DNA of 64,000 nt from NCBI GenBank assembly GCA_964236955.1, contig CAXSGP010000001.1, forward strand, positions 68,204 through 132,203. Reading direction: 5' to 3'. Positions 1-9,699 of this stretch are shown piece after piece (the first letter of the stretch is position 1; the number at the start of each line of letters is the position of its first letter). The DNA is from an uncultured Oligoflexus sp. GTDB lineage: Bacteria; Bdellovibrionota_B; Oligoflexia; Oligoflexales; Oligoflexaceae. The position numbers and the translations under genes were made by a program. The notes under the pieces are model-generated. The model was given only the letters and a program-made list of their open reading frames with translations, was not told where the DNA came from and did no database searches.

Positions 1-1193
1 CCCTCGACAAAGTGCCAGATTCGGCGAACATTCGGCACTTTATTCCCGAGACTTATGCCTTTGCTGACAAGACTCTTAAAAGCTCGAAGATCGAAGACCT
101 CAAGGCAATGTACCTCTATAAGTCGCTTTCTCCCTTGATGGACGACGCCTACCCGGAATTCTTCAACACCCGGTACAGCTTCAATCAAAAGCATTTCGGC
201 GCCGCTCCGGTAAGGCCGGTTCGTGAGGAACGCTGTACTCAGATGGTTATGGCTAGTTATAACAAAGAGCTTGATGCCGAACTCCTGCCGCTTATGTTTC
301 CGAATTTTCCTCAGGAAAAATTCATTGCGTTGGCGGAAAAGGTCCGTGCCTCCATCATCGAGGGCGTTAAGGCCAACACCTGGCTGAGTGAAGAAGGCAG
401 AAAAGGCGCCATCGAAAAGATGACGAAAGCCAAACTTCAACTCGTCAAGCCTATGAATGATGAAGAATGGTACTTCAACCCGAGCGCCCCTTATACGGCG
501 AGCACCCCTATCGCCAACGCCAGAGCGCTGAACGTGGCTTTGACTTCGCGCCTGTATGCGGAACTGCCCAAGCCCCGCAACCGCGATCGCTGGGGTATGG
601 GACCCCTGACGGTCAACGCCTACTACAGCTCCACCGACAATAAGTTCGTCATGCCCATCGGTATTCTACAGTATCCGTTCTATGACCCCAATCTCCCGGC
701 AGAAGTCAACCTCGGAGCCGTGGGAGCAGTCATTGGCCACGAGCTGGGCCACGGCATTGATGATCAGGGAGCCAAATTCGATGCCGAGGGTAAACTTCGG
801 CAATGGATGAGCGAGAAGGATATCGAGACTTTCCGCGGCCGGGGTAAAAAGTTTGTCGATCAATTTGCTAAAATCGGCCACAACGGTGAGCTCACCCTGG
901 GCGAAAATATTGGCGATTTAACCGGTGTTACCTTTGCCTACAATGCAGCCTTTCCCAAAGGACAGGGCAGCACCGATCAAAAGAAAGCCTTCTTCCTTCA
1001 GTATGCCCGCCTTTGGTGCGGCGTGGAACTTCCCAAGTATTCCGAGCAGATGCTTAAAACCGATCCCCATTCCCGCGGGTTCGCCCGGGTCAATGAGCAG
1101 CTTAAAAACCAGCCAGCCTTTGCCGAAGCTTTTGCCTGCAAAAAAGCTGATCCCATGGTGCTCAAATCCGAGGATCTCGTAAAAATCTGGTAA
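1..1193 (+). CDS. M13 family (neprilysin/PepO-like) zinc metallopeptidase, 5'-partial
   Basis: VNAYY, ILQYPFYD, GHELGH (HExxH), GENIGD and TDPHS motifs; the frame is open to the window edge. Confidence 0.93.
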   Translation, partial: LDKVPDSANIRHFIPETYAFADKTLKSSKIEDLKAMYLYKSLSPLMDDAYPEFFNTRYSFNQKHFGAAPVRPVREERCTQMVMASYNKELDAELLPLMFPNFPQEKFIALAEKVRASIIEGVKANTWLSEEGRKGAIEKMTKAKLQLVKPMNDEEWYFNPSAPYTASTPIANARALNVALTSRLYAELPKPRNRDRWGMGPLTVNAYYSSTDNKFVMPIGILQYPFYDPNLPAEVNLGAVGAVIGHELGHGIDDQGAKFDAEGKLRQWMSEKDIETFRGRGKKFVDQFAKIGHNGELTLGENIGDLTGVTFAYNAAFPKGQGSTDQKKAFFLQYARLWCGVELPKYSEQMLKTDPHSRGFARVNEQLKNQPAFAEAFACKKADPMVLKSEDLVKIW

Positions 1194-1208
1194 TTCCTTT
1201 CGATCCTG

Positions 1209-1238
1209 ACCTGTGGGGACCCCTCCACAGGTATCTTT
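1209..1238 (+). terminator. Hairpin after the M13 peptidase gene, possible intrinsic terminator
   Basis: ACCTGTGG...CCACAGGT stem followed by ATCTTT. Confidence 0.45.
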
Positions 1239-1305
1239 GCTTCAATTCCTCGATTTCTCATCTAGTATCTGCTTCAATAGCTGGGCCTCTCATTAGGAGC
1301 CCGGT

Positions 1306-2673
1306 ATGACCGAAGAAAAAACTCTGAAAAAAATTCGTTCGGGATTATGGGATCGAAGTCTGAGCCTGACAAAATTGGCCGTTCAATCCGGTGCCCATCT
1401 CGCCATGTCCGGGATCAAAGGAGCCTTTGCCGATAGCGAGGGGCGTGAGGTTCACTTTAAGGCCTTGATGAATGTTCAAGCCAGACTCCTCACTCAGGAA
1501 CTCGGCCGACTCAAGGGAAGCCTGATGAAAGTCGGACAGATGCTTGCTCTTTACGGCGAACATTTTCTGCCTGAAGAGGTGGTAACTCAACTCAAACAAT
1601 TAAATGAGCAAAGCATTTCCGTCGAATGGCAGGCCATTGAACGTCTGCTGAAGGCGCGTATGGCACCGGCTATTCTCGCTGATTTGACCATAGATCCCAA
1701 ACCGCTCGCTGCGGCATCGATGGGTCAGGTCCACCGCGCTGTCTGTAAATCAACTGGCGAAGAACTCTGCGTGAAAATTCAATATCCCGGCGTCGAGGAG
1801 GCCATCGACTCCGATGTCAAGGCGCTGCGATCGATCCTAAGCCTTCTCAAGCTTATGCCAGCAAAAAGCTCGGCATTTGAAGAACTTTTTGAGGAAATTC
1901 GTGTTATGCTCCACCAGGAGCTTGACTTTCACAAGGAGAGGGCTTTTACCGACGAAGGCCGCTTGCTGCTTGCCAGCGATCCGCGGTTTGTCGTGCCCCG
2001 CACCTTTCCCAAATATTCCTCGGAGCGCTTGCTGACGACCTCCTTCGAGCGCGGTTACAGTATCGATGGGCCCGAGGTCCTGGCTTTGAGTGAAGCGCGT
2101 CGCTCCCAGATCGCCCTAGCGTTTTGTCAGCTCTTTTTACGAGAACTTCTCGAGTTTCGGATGATGCAAACCGATCCTCACTTTGGCAACTATAAGATCC
2201 GCATTGGCGAGGAAACAGATCAGATCGTCCTCCTCGATTGGGGCGCCGTGCGGCGTTTCGATGAAGGATTTATCCTCAAATATCGACTGCTGATAGCAGG
2301 CGCGCTTGAGAATGATTCCAAAAAAGTTTTCGAGGCTGCCGTATCCCTTGGTTTTATCGGAGCCGACGCCTCTGAAAAAATCGTCAAGGCCTTCACCGCC
2401 ATCACCTTTATGGCCGTTGAACCCTGGCTGCCTCCCGCTGACCCCCGTGTCCCCGCGCAACTGGTTGATAGAAACGGTTGTTATATCTGGTCGAAAAGCG
2501 ATTTGCCGACCCGAGTCGCCGGTCTCGCGGCGAAATATGCGCTTTCCTTTAAGGTTCGGGCTCCGCCCCGTGAGGTCTTGTTCCTCGATCGCAAAATAGG
2601 CGGAATATTCATCATGATGAAGGTCCTCGACGCTCGCTTTAAAGGCCATCACCTTATAAAGGAATACTTTTGA
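1306..2673 (+). CDS. ABC1/AarF/UbiB family atypical kinase
   Basis: LKGSLMKVGQML, AAASMGQVH, VKIQYPGV, QTDPHFGN and LLDWG motifs; AGGAG RBS. Confidence 0.92.
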   Translation: MTEEKTLKKIRSGLWDRSLSLTKLAVQSGAHLAMSGIKGAFADSEGREVHFKALMNVQARLLTQELGRLKGSLMKVGQMLALYGEHFLPEEVVTQLKQLNEQSISVEWQAIERLLKARMAPAILADLTIDPKPLAAASMGQVHRAVCKSTGEELCVKIQYPGVEEAIDSDVKALRSILSLLKLMPAKSSAFEELFEEIRVMLHQELDFHKERAFTDEGRLLLASDPRFVVPRTFPKYSSERLLTTSFERGYSIDGPEVLALSEARRSQIALAFCQLFLRELLEFRMMQTDPHFGNYKIRIGEETDQIVLLDWGAVRRFDEGFILKYRLLIAGALENDSKKVFEAAVSLGFIGADASEKIVKAFTAITFMAVEPWLPPADPRVPAQLVDRNGCYIWSKSDLPTRVAGLAAKYALSFKVRAPPREVLFLDRKIGGIFIMMKVLDARFKGHHLIKEYF

Positions 2674-2898
2674 GCAAGTGCCGGAGGCGGTCTGCTCTAC
2701 GAAACAATGATCCCAAGGTGTTCGGATTCCTGAATATTGGGACTTGCTTCCCTACTCACGGCGATCCCCGGCAAGGGGAAGCCATACTACGGCAAAAAAT
2801 CCTAGGGTCAAGTCCAAGCCTTGCCTGGTATTTTGCCATCCAATCGCTGCCTCAAATCGATTGAACAGCATGATTCACAAGGTATTTTTCATATATAA

Positions 2899-2911
2899 AA
2901 TCAAGGCTTTA
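2899..2911 (+). promoter_or_regulatory. IHF-type binding site
   Basis: AATCAAGGCTTTA matches WATCAANNNNTTR exactly, with an AT-rich 5' flank, in a 440-bp intergenic region. Confidence 0.4.
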
Positions 2912-3114
2912 AGCGTAAATAGGAGCGCTTGGAGAAAACTCTCGGGACCCGGCTGTGGCCCCCGCCTTTTCCGTCGCTGCCAAGAGATACAGGTCACCTG
3001 CCGGGATCGCTGGGAATAACTTGAGGTCTAAGGCTCTTTTTTGCTTTCGCGCTTTCCTTCATGACCTGAATCCATTAAGTAGCCTCTCGGTTCATGTGAA
3101 GAAGGGGCCCTCCT

Positions 3115-4203
3115 ATGCGCTTTGTGCTCTATTGTCGTCCTGGTTTTGAAAAAGATTGTGTGTCGGAGGCTCACGATCAATTCGCGTCCCTTGGCTGGGA
3201 TGGTTACCCTGAAATTCATGGTGAACACGGCATCGTCAGCTATCTCGGCACGCCTTATGATCCGGAGAACCCACGTTCGGCCGAGATACCCAAAGTCGCC
3301 AATTTCATATTTACCCGCCATATCCTCGAGCAGGCTTGCATCGTCAGGGAGCTGCCCGCAGCGGATCGTGCCACGGCAATAGCCGAAGCGCTCCTTAAGA
3401 CCACGAAATTTCGCCGTTTCCGCGAATTGGTACTTGAATTTCCGGATACCAATGAAGGGCGATCGCTGGCAAACTTCTGCAAAAAATTTCATCCCGCGAT
3501 GGGCAATGCCCTCAAGCGCAACGGCTTTGAGCTCGATCGCGGCAACCATGATGCCCCGGCTGTTCACATCTGCTTTATCAATTATGAAAGCGCCGTAATG
3601 GGCCTTTCCTGGAAAAAACGCAGTTCTCCCTGGAGAAGTGGTATCCCGAGACTTAAATTTCCAGAAGACGCGCCGAGCCGCTCGACTCTGAAGCTCGATG
3701 AAGCCTTCCTCACTTTGCTAAGCGAAGAAGAGCGTGGCGAACGCCTCCAAGGGGGTGGTACAGCTGTCGACCTTGGGGCCTCTCCCGGCGGCTGGACCTA
3801 TCAGCTGCTCGAAAGAAGCTTTTTTGTCACAGCGGTCGATAACGGCAAAATGGCAGAATCTCTGATGGCCTCCGGCATGGTCAACCACAAGGTCGAGGAT
3901 GCTTTTAAATTTAAGCCGAAAGCAGCGGTCGATCTTTTGGTCTGCGATATGGTGGAAAAGCCTCAGCGAGTGATGGAACTCGTGGCTCGCTGGTTTAAGG
4001 AGCAAACCTGCAGCTGGGCCGTGATCAATCTAAAATTGCCGATGAAAAAACGTTTTGCCGAGATCGAAGCTTGCCAACTTGCATTCTGGGAACAAAGTGG
4101 CCTCACCGAAGACAAATTTGAGATTCGCTGCAAGCAGCTCTATCATGATAGGGAAGAAGTGACTTTGGTGCTTATTCCTAAGCCTAAAAAATCCCGTCGC
4201 TGA
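3115..4203 (+). CDS. rlmM: 23S rRNA (cytidine2498-2'-O)-methyltransferase
   Basis: LYCRPGFEKDC N-terminus; GIPRLKFPEDAPSRSTLKLDEAF, VDLGASPGGWT, CDMVEKP, NLKLPMKKR and KQLYHDREEVT. Confidence 0.95.
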   Translation: MRFVLYCRPGFEKDCVSEAHDQFASLGWDGYPEIHGEHGIVSYLGTPYDPENPRSAEIPKVANFIFTRHILEQACIVRELPAADRATAIAEALLKTTKFRRFRELVLEFPDTNEGRSLANFCKKFHPAMGNALKRNGFELDRGNHDAPAVHICFINYESAVMGLSWKKRSSPWRSGIPRLKFPEDAPSRSTLKLDEAFLTLLSEEERGERLQGGGTAVDLGASPGGWTYQLLERSFFVTAVDNGKMAESLMASGMVNHKVEDAFKFKPKAAVDLLVCDMVEKPQRVMELVARWFKEQTCSWAVINLKLPMKKRFAEIEACQLAFWEQSGLTEDKFEIRCKQLYHDREEVTLVLIPKPKKSRR

Positions 4204-4294
4204 TCCGTCGCCACGGGGTCCTGCGTTTTTGCCTGGCAAGGTTTAGGTGGAGCCTTTATAGTTTCGGTCCCAGCCAAGCATTTATGGGGATCTC

Positions 4295-5479
4295 ATGAAA
4301 AAAGACTACTGGCAGCACCTGAACCAAGAAATCCAAGCGGTAAAAGACGCTGGACTGTTTAAGAAAGAACGCGTGATTTCGTCGCCTCAACAGGCCCGCA
4401 TTCGGGCTGACGGCAAAGAGCTCATCAATCTGTGTGCCAACAACTATCTTAGTCTCGCCAACCATCCCGACCTTATCAAGGCCGCTCAGGAAGCTTTGAC
4501 GAAGTACGGATTCGGCATGGCCTCGGTCCGTTTCATCTGTGGCACCCAGGATGTCCATAAAGAACTTGAAGCAAAACTCTCCGCCTTCCTCGGCATGGAA
4601 GACACCATACTCTACAGCAGCTGCTTCGATGCCAATGGCGGGCTCTTCGAAACGCTGACGGGTGCGGAAGATGCCATCATCAGTGACTCTTTGAATCACG
4701 CGAGCATCATCGACGGAGTACGGCTGAGCAAGGCCCAGCGTTTTCGTTACAGCAACAACGATATGAATGAACTTGAAGACAGGCTCAAGGAAGCAGCGAA
4801 CTGCCGCTTCCGGCTCATCGCGACCGATGGGATTTTCTCGATGGATGGCTCTATCGCCAAGCTCGGTGAGATCTGTGACTTGGCCGACCGATACGATGCC
4901 CTCGTGATGGTTGATGACTCTCACGCGGTGGGTTTCATGGGTGCCCAAGGCCGTGGAACGCATGAGTACTGCCAGGTCATGGGCCGGGTCGATATCATCA
5001 CCGGCACTCTTGGCAAAGCGCTAGGCGGAGCCTCTGGTGGCTATACCTCAGGTAAAAAGGAAATCATCGACTGGCTGCGTCAACGCTCAAGACCCTACCT
5101 CTTCTCGAACACCTTGCCTCCGGTCATCGCCGCGACCAGCATCAAGGTCCTCGAGCTTTTGGAGCGCTCCGATGCAGCGCGTCAACGTCTGCGGGACAAT
5201 GCCCGGCTTTTCCGCGACAGGATGAGCGTCTCAGGCTTTCAACTTTTGCCCGGCGAACATCCCATCATTCCTGTTATGCTGGGAGACGCGGGTCTTGCCA
5301 GCCGGATGGCCGATGCTCTTCTCGATGAAGGTATCTACGTTATCGGCTTTAGCTTTCCCGTCGTCCCGCAAGGCAAGGCCAGGATCAGGACGCAGATGTC
5401 CGCTGAGCTTTCGTCGGAGCAGGTGACCCAGGCGGCAGCCTCATTTGCGAAAGTCGGTCGAAATTTAGGGCTTATTTAG
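4295..5479 (+). CDS. kbl: 2-amino-3-ketobutyrate CoA ligase (glycine C-acetyltransferase)
   Basis: [44 protein letters not shown] and [11 protein letters not shown]; adjacent to tdh. Confidence 0.97.
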   Translation: MKKDYWQHLNQEIQAVKDAGLFKKERVISSPQQARIRADGKELINLCANNYLSLANHPDLIKAAQEALTKYGFGMASVRFICGTQDVHKELEAKLSAFLGMEDTILYSSCFDANGGLFETLTGAEDAIISDSLNHASIIDGVRLSKAQRFRYSNNDMNELEDRLKEAANCRFRLIATDGIFSMDGSIAKLGEICDLADRYDALVMVDDSHAVGFMGAQGRGTHEYCQVMGRVDIITGTLGKALGGASGGYTSGKKEIIDWLRQRSRPYLFSNTLPPVIAATSIKVLELLERSDAARQRLRDNARLFRDRMSVSGFQLLPGEHPIIPVMLGDAGLASRMADALLDEGIYVIGFSFPVVPQGKARIRTQMSAELSSEQVTQAAASFAKVGRNLGLI

Positions 5480-5490
5480 GGGAGGATTTT

Positions 5491-6528
5491 ATGGCCAAGC
5501 TCATGCGTGCGCTCGTCAAACGTCATAGAAAACCCGGTCTTTGGATGGAAGAAGTTCCTATTCCGGAAATCGGTGAGAACGATGTTTTGATCCGCGTGAA
5601 AAAAACAGCGATCTGCGGCACCGATCTCCATATTTATAATTGGGATCAATGGGCTCAGAAAACCATACCCGTGCCTATGGTCACGGGTCATGAATTTTAC
5701 GGCACGATCGAGCAGACAGGGGCGTCCGTAAGCGCCTACAAAATCGGTGACCGCGTTTCCGGTGAAGGTCATATCACCTGCGGTCATTGCCGCAACTGCC
5801 GCGCCGGTCAACGCCACCTCTGCCGCAACACGATAGGCATTGGTGTCAACCGTCAGGGCTGTTTTGCTGAATACCTGTCGCTGCCCGCCGGCAACGCCTT
5901 TAAAATAGCCGACTCCATACCCGATGACATCGCGTCGATGTTTGATCCCTACGGGAACGCCACGCATACCGCACTATCGTTTGATATGGTTGGAGAAGAC
6001 GTCCTCATCACCGGTGCCGGACCTATTGGCATCATGGCTGCCGCAATTGCCAAGCACGTCGGAGCACGCCATGTCGTAGTTACCGACGTCAATGAATATC
6101 GCCTGGATTTGGCCAGGCAACTCGGTGCTACGCGTGCCGTTAACGTTGCCAATGAAAACCTGCACGACGTCATGCGCGAGCTGGGAATGGTCGAAGGCTT
6201 CGACGTCGGTCTTGAAATGTCGGGCAATTCCCGGGCTTTCCGATCGATGCTGGATGCCATGAATCACGGCGGTCGAATCGCGCTGCTGGGGATTTTTTCG
6301 GAAGAGGTTGCCATCGACTGGAGCGCGGTGGTCTTTAAAGGTCTCTTCATCAAAGGCATTTACGGCCGGGAAATGTTTGAGACCTGGTATAAGATGAGTG
6401 CCATGCTGCAGAGTGGGCTTGATATTTCCAAAGTCATCACCCATCGCCTGCCTGCAGAACAGTTTGATGACGGCTTTCGCATCCTCAATGAAGGGAAGTC
6501 AGGAAAAGTTATCCTGGATTGGACCTGA
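5491..6528 (+). CDS. tdh: L-threonine 3-dehydrogenase
   Basis: [12 protein letters not shown], Zn-binding [10 protein letters not shown]...C, GAGPIG and [14 protein letters not shown]. Confidence 0.97.
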   Translation: MAKLMRALVKRHRKPGLWMEEVPIPEIGENDVLIRVKKTAICGTDLHIYNWDQWAQKTIPVPMVTGHEFYGTIEQTGASVSAYKIGDRVSGEGHITCGHCRNCRAGQRHLCRNTIGIGVNRQGCFAEYLSLPAGNAFKIADSIPDDIASMFDPYGNATHTALSFDMVGEDVLITGAGPIGIMAAAIAKHVGARHVVVTDVNEYRLDLARQLGATRAVNVANENLHDVMRELGMVEGFDVGLEMSGNSRAFRSMLDAMNHGGRIALLGIFSEEVAIDWSAVVFKGLFIKGIYGREMFETWYKMSAMLQSGLDISKVITHRLPAEQFDDGFRILNEGKSGKVILDWT

Positions 6529-6576
6529 CCGGGCCTGCGCTTAAATTGGAGGGGAAAGGAACCGGCTTATAAGCGG

Positions 6577-6618
6577 CTCATTCAGCCGGTCACCACGGGA
6601 GGCTGAATGAGGCTTGAA
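6577..6618. promoter_or_regulatory. 11-bp inverted repeat plus YTGAAT direct repeat upstream of the TolC gene
   Basis: CTCATTCAGCC-N13-GGCTGAATGAG; CTGAAT and TTGAAT are 11 bp apart. Could be a hairpin or a regulator site. Confidence 0.35.
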
Positions 6619-6722
6619 TCCTAGCTTCCGATCTCCATTCATCACCTTTTCCCTTGCTGTTGCAATTAATATAAAATATGCCTAAAGAGGTTCTTTTTCC
6701 GGTCCCCATAAAGGGAAACTTG

Positions 6723-8012
6723 ATGCCTCTTCCTATCAGCTCCCCATCCCTAACTTACCTTTCGATTTCTGCCCTTGTTGCGGTTTTCACGGTCACCCCA
6801 CGAATCTATGCATTGAGTCTTGACGAATACTATGGGAAGGCCCGCGAGCAGTCGGAACTGCTAAGAAGCACTGAAATTGATAGGGCGATCGCGATCAGCC
6901 AGCGGGATCAGGTTCTGACGACCGAAAAGCCACGCATCACGTTCGGTGCCGACGCAAGCTATCATGTAAACAAGCCCGACAAAGAGAAGTGGGGCAATAA
7001 TAAAGACGCTGGCATTCGTACCGAATTCCGTCAGCCCTTGCTTGATGGAGGCGTGAGCCGAGCCTCGATACGGGCCGGTGAGGCCGCGATAGAAAGCAGC
7101 AAGTGGGATTACAAGGCCGGCGAACAGGGACTTTACCTGCAGATCGCCAGTCTTTTCTATGGGCTGATCACTCAAAAGGAAGACATCATCAATCTTGAGC
7201 AATCGATCAAGATCTATCGCCAGCGAGTCGGTGATCTCAGCAGGAGGGAGAGAATCGGCCGCTCCCGGGAAGCTGAAGTTCTTTCCGCCCGCACCCAGGT
7301 CGAGCTTACGAATAGTATGATTGCCGCCACCCGCATAGCTATGGGTACCGAAGAGGAACAATTAGCCTCGTTGACCGGCATGGCTCCGCCTCTGAAGCTT
7401 GACGATTCGCTCAATCTTGGCGATCTCAAAGCAGAAGCTTTACCCGAGGCCAGGGCCCCGATTCCGTCCGTCGAAGCCGCCCAAGCCCGTATCGAGGTCG
7501 CGGCGGCGCAAATCGATTTGGTCCGTGCCGGATTAAATCCTCGATTTGATTTTATCGCCGCTCACAGCTGGCGCTACCTGGATCCAACCGACCAGGGCAC
7601 CCATGATCTGAGTCTGGGCCTTGGATTCACGTGGACCCTCTACGACGCGGGTTCCATTAATACCGAGGTGAATACTGCTAGTTTGCAAAGAAAAAGGGCC
7701 GAGCTTGCCAAGGTGCAGGCCGATCGCGAAGGCAAGCTCAATCTCAATCTTGCCAGGAGAAGGTTCGAGAATGGCCTTCAGCAGATCAAAACCTATCAAA
7801 CTGCTCTTGATATAGTCGAAAGGACAATTGGTGCCCAGCAAAATGAGTTTGAGAGCGGATTGATCACCAATCTTGAGTTGCTTACGACGCTTGATCAGAG
7901 GCTGCAGATAAGACGAAATCTCGATCAGGCTATATATCGAGCCAAGCTCGACTTTGTCCAGTCGCGGGTATACTCAGGCAATTGGCCGCAGGACAATCAA
8001 TCAGGCTCATAA
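6723..8012 (+). CDS. TolC/OEP family outer-membrane efflux protein
   Basis: Signal peptide; FRQPLLDGG and WTLYDAG barrel strands; FESGLITNLELL motif. ATG 6723 follows AAGGGA (alternative start 6678). Confidence 0.85.
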   Translation: MPLPISSPSLTYLSISALVAVFTVTPRIYALSLDEYYGKAREQSELLRSTEIDRAIAISQRDQVLTTEKPRITFGADASYHVNKPDKEKWGNNKDAGIRTEFRQPLLDGGVSRASIRAGEAAIESSKWDYKAGEQGLYLQIASLFYGLITQKEDIINLEQSIKIYRQRVGDLSRRERIGRSREAEVLSARTQVELTNSMIAATRIAMGTEEEQLASLTGMAPPLKLDDSLNLGDLKAEALPEARAPIPSVEAAQARIEVAAAQIDLVRAGLNPRFDFIAAHSWRYLDPTDQGTHDLSLGLGFTWTLYDAGSINTEVNTASLQRKRAELAKVQADREGKLNLNLARRRFENGLQQIKTYQTALDIVERTIGAQQNEFESGLITNLELLTTLDQRLQIRRNLDQAIYRAKLDFVQSRVYSGNWPQDNQSGS

Positions 8013-8048
8013 GGACCAGGGTCGGTCGCTTCTGAGAAGACATTTGGC

Positions 8049-8078
8049 AAAAAAAAATGCCTCATGAATTGAGGCATT
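8049..8078 (-). terminator. Rho-independent terminator on the minus strand
   Basis: 9-bp stem AATGCCTCA/TGAGGCATT with 5-nt loop; A-run at 8049-8057 gives a U-tract on the minus strand. Confidence 0.75.
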
Positions 8079-8090
8079 AGAAGTTCTGAT

Positions 8091-8219
8091 TTATTTGCCG
8101 TAAGACGTGCGGAAATAATCTTTATGGTTAACTGGCATCAAAACATTTGCCAAAAGTTTTTGCGACAGACTCTTTTCTTCCACTCTCAGCCCAAAAAGGC
8201 GCTTTAGCCTTTCCAACAT
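8091..8219 (-). CDS. Small protein, 42 aa: MLERLKRLFGLRVEEKSLSQKLLANVLMPVNHKDYFRTSYGK
   Basis: Read directly from the sequence and below the ORF-track cutoff. AGGGGG RBS 5 nt before ATG; intrinsic terminator 12 nt after TAA. Confidence 0.65.
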   Translation of the reverse strand: MLERLKRLFGLRVEEKSLSQKLLANVLMPVNHKDYFRTSYGK

Positions 8220-8605
8220 AATATCCCCCTATTGAATGAACTCAGTCTCCAAGGTAACTCAGCTATCAATTTCGAGGCAAAGCGTCCCTGTCCTTGACGC
8301 CTTGTCTGCGGCATTCCAGTCCATCATCTAGGTCGCCTTCTAGGAAAACGCCCAGCGATCACTCGAGCTGCCTAAAAATCGAAGTCACACAGACACTCAG
8401 GATATCTTAAGAAAAGTCGGCATGAAGCTCAATGAAGAAAATAATTACTTTTAAAATTATAAAGCTTTTTTCCAGGATTTTCGCCAAAAACAGTCTTAGG
8501 AAAAGAAAAATTGCCGAGCTGTACGCCTCAAGCCGCCCGGCGCTCATGGCCCCAGGCAGCTTGGAAGGGATAAACCTTAAAGACTAGAGAGTGACCCGGT
8601 AGGGA

Positions 8606-9382
8606 TCAATAGGCCCCTCGACCCGTGAGCATAACCACTATCGTTCGAAAGATAAGGCCGATGTCGAGCGTGATCGACCAGGTCTCCACATAATCCAAAT
8701 CCATGCGCATCCACTGCTGAAAATTCGTGTCGCTGCGTCCTGACACTTGCCAGATACAGGTACAGCCCTGTTCCACGGCTAATCTTTGGTATTGCCAGGG
8801 TTCCCATTGGGCGACTTCCGCAGGCAGAGCCGGCCTTGGGCCCACGAGACTCATATCGCCCCGAACCACGTTCCAGAGTTGTGGCAATTCATCCAGGGAG
8901 GACTTTCTCAGGAACTTTCCGATCCGAGTAACGCGTGGATCATTTTTCATTTTAAATGCCGGACCGTCCGCTTCATTCTGATGCATCAGGGTGACCTTAA
9001 GGGCATCGGCGTCAGGCCGCATCGTTCGAAACTTGTGGAAACGAAAGAGTCGTCCCTCTTTGCCGACCCTGGTTTGACTATAAAAGGCCGGGCCCTTGCT
9101 ATCGAGCCTTATCAGAATTCCTAAGAGGAAGAGGAAGGGACTGAGCAGGACGAGCGCAGCGCTGGCTCCGAAGAGATCAATAAGCCTTTTCACAAAACGT
9201 TGAACCGTAGAGGAAGGACTACCACTGTCGATCAGACGCCTGACTTCGGTATTGAGGGGGACGGAATAATAGGCTAGTTCCCGAGTCAAATCTTCGGAAG
9301 TTTTTGGAAAAAGAAGACCATCGGAATAGGACTCATGCAAATCAGCAATATCAGTTTTGATCTTTAAGTCTGTGCGTTCCAC
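8606..9382 (-). CDS. Bacterial sugar transferase (priming undecaprenyl-phosphate glycosyl-1-phosphate transferase, short form)
   Basis: [49 protein letters not shown] and RMDLDYV; GTG at 9382 follows GAGGAG. Confidence 0.93.
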   Translation of the reverse strand: MERTDLKIKTDIADLHESYSDGLLFPKTSEDLTRELAYYSVPLNTEVRRLIDSGSPSSTVQRFVKRLIDLFGASAALVLLSPFLFLLGILIRLDSKGPAFYSQTRVGKEGRLFRFHKFRTMRPDADALKVTLMHQNEADGPAFKMKNDPRVTRIGKFLRKSSLDELPQLWNVVRGDMSLVGPRPALPAEVAQWEPWQYQRLAVEQGCTCIWQVSGRSDTNFQQWMRMDLDYVETWSITLDIGLIFRTIVVMLTGRGAY

Positions 9383-9437
9383 TTGTAATCTCCTCGGCAG
9401 CAACAGCAATAGCGACAGCAGCAACACAGAGGAAGAG

Positions 9438-9453
9438 AGCAAGCTTTTAGCCA
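9438..9453 (-). promoter_or_regulatory. sigma54 (-24/-12) promoter for the sugar transferase
   Basis: TGGCTAAAAGCTTGCT on the minus strand (GG-N10-GC). Confidence 0.6.
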
Positions 9454-9514
9454 GACCCTAAGTGCCTGACAAAGCTAGCCTAGGTTTTGGGAACTGAAGT
9501 TAAAGACCCAACAT

Positions 9515-9533
9515 CTGTCAGAAACTTTGACAG
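9515..9533. promoter_or_regulatory. Palindrome, putative enhancer-binding-protein site
   Basis: CTGTCA-GAAACTT-TGACAG about 60-80 bp upstream of the sigma54 element. Confidence 0.45.
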
Positions 9534-9699
9534 TTTTGGGCTATCGGCCAGGAGAAAACTTGAGATATAACGGATTGATTGCCCAAGGGGCAGGAGGGAA
9601 ACTTCGAGGGACTGGAATCGAAAAGTTTAAAGAGCGGGCGCACTGGGAATTTCTAGCCGGTCTTTCCCAAGGGAAGCCAGTCGCCTCCCTATCATTGAT

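Noticed and set aside
4256-4963. 235-aa minus-strand ORF (similar cases: 15879-16673, 50965-51669, 10285-10917, 22980-23576)
   Set aside because: Fully antisense to well-supported genes; typical shadow ORFs
9383-9442. Hydrophobic signal-like N-terminal extension of the sugar transferase in the ORF track
   Set aside because: Its TTG lies inside the sigma54 element; the GAGGAG RBS supports GTG 9382
9541-9563. TCAAG...GCCGATAG sigma28-like motif on the minus strand
   Set aside because: Spacer is only 11 nt against about 15 expected
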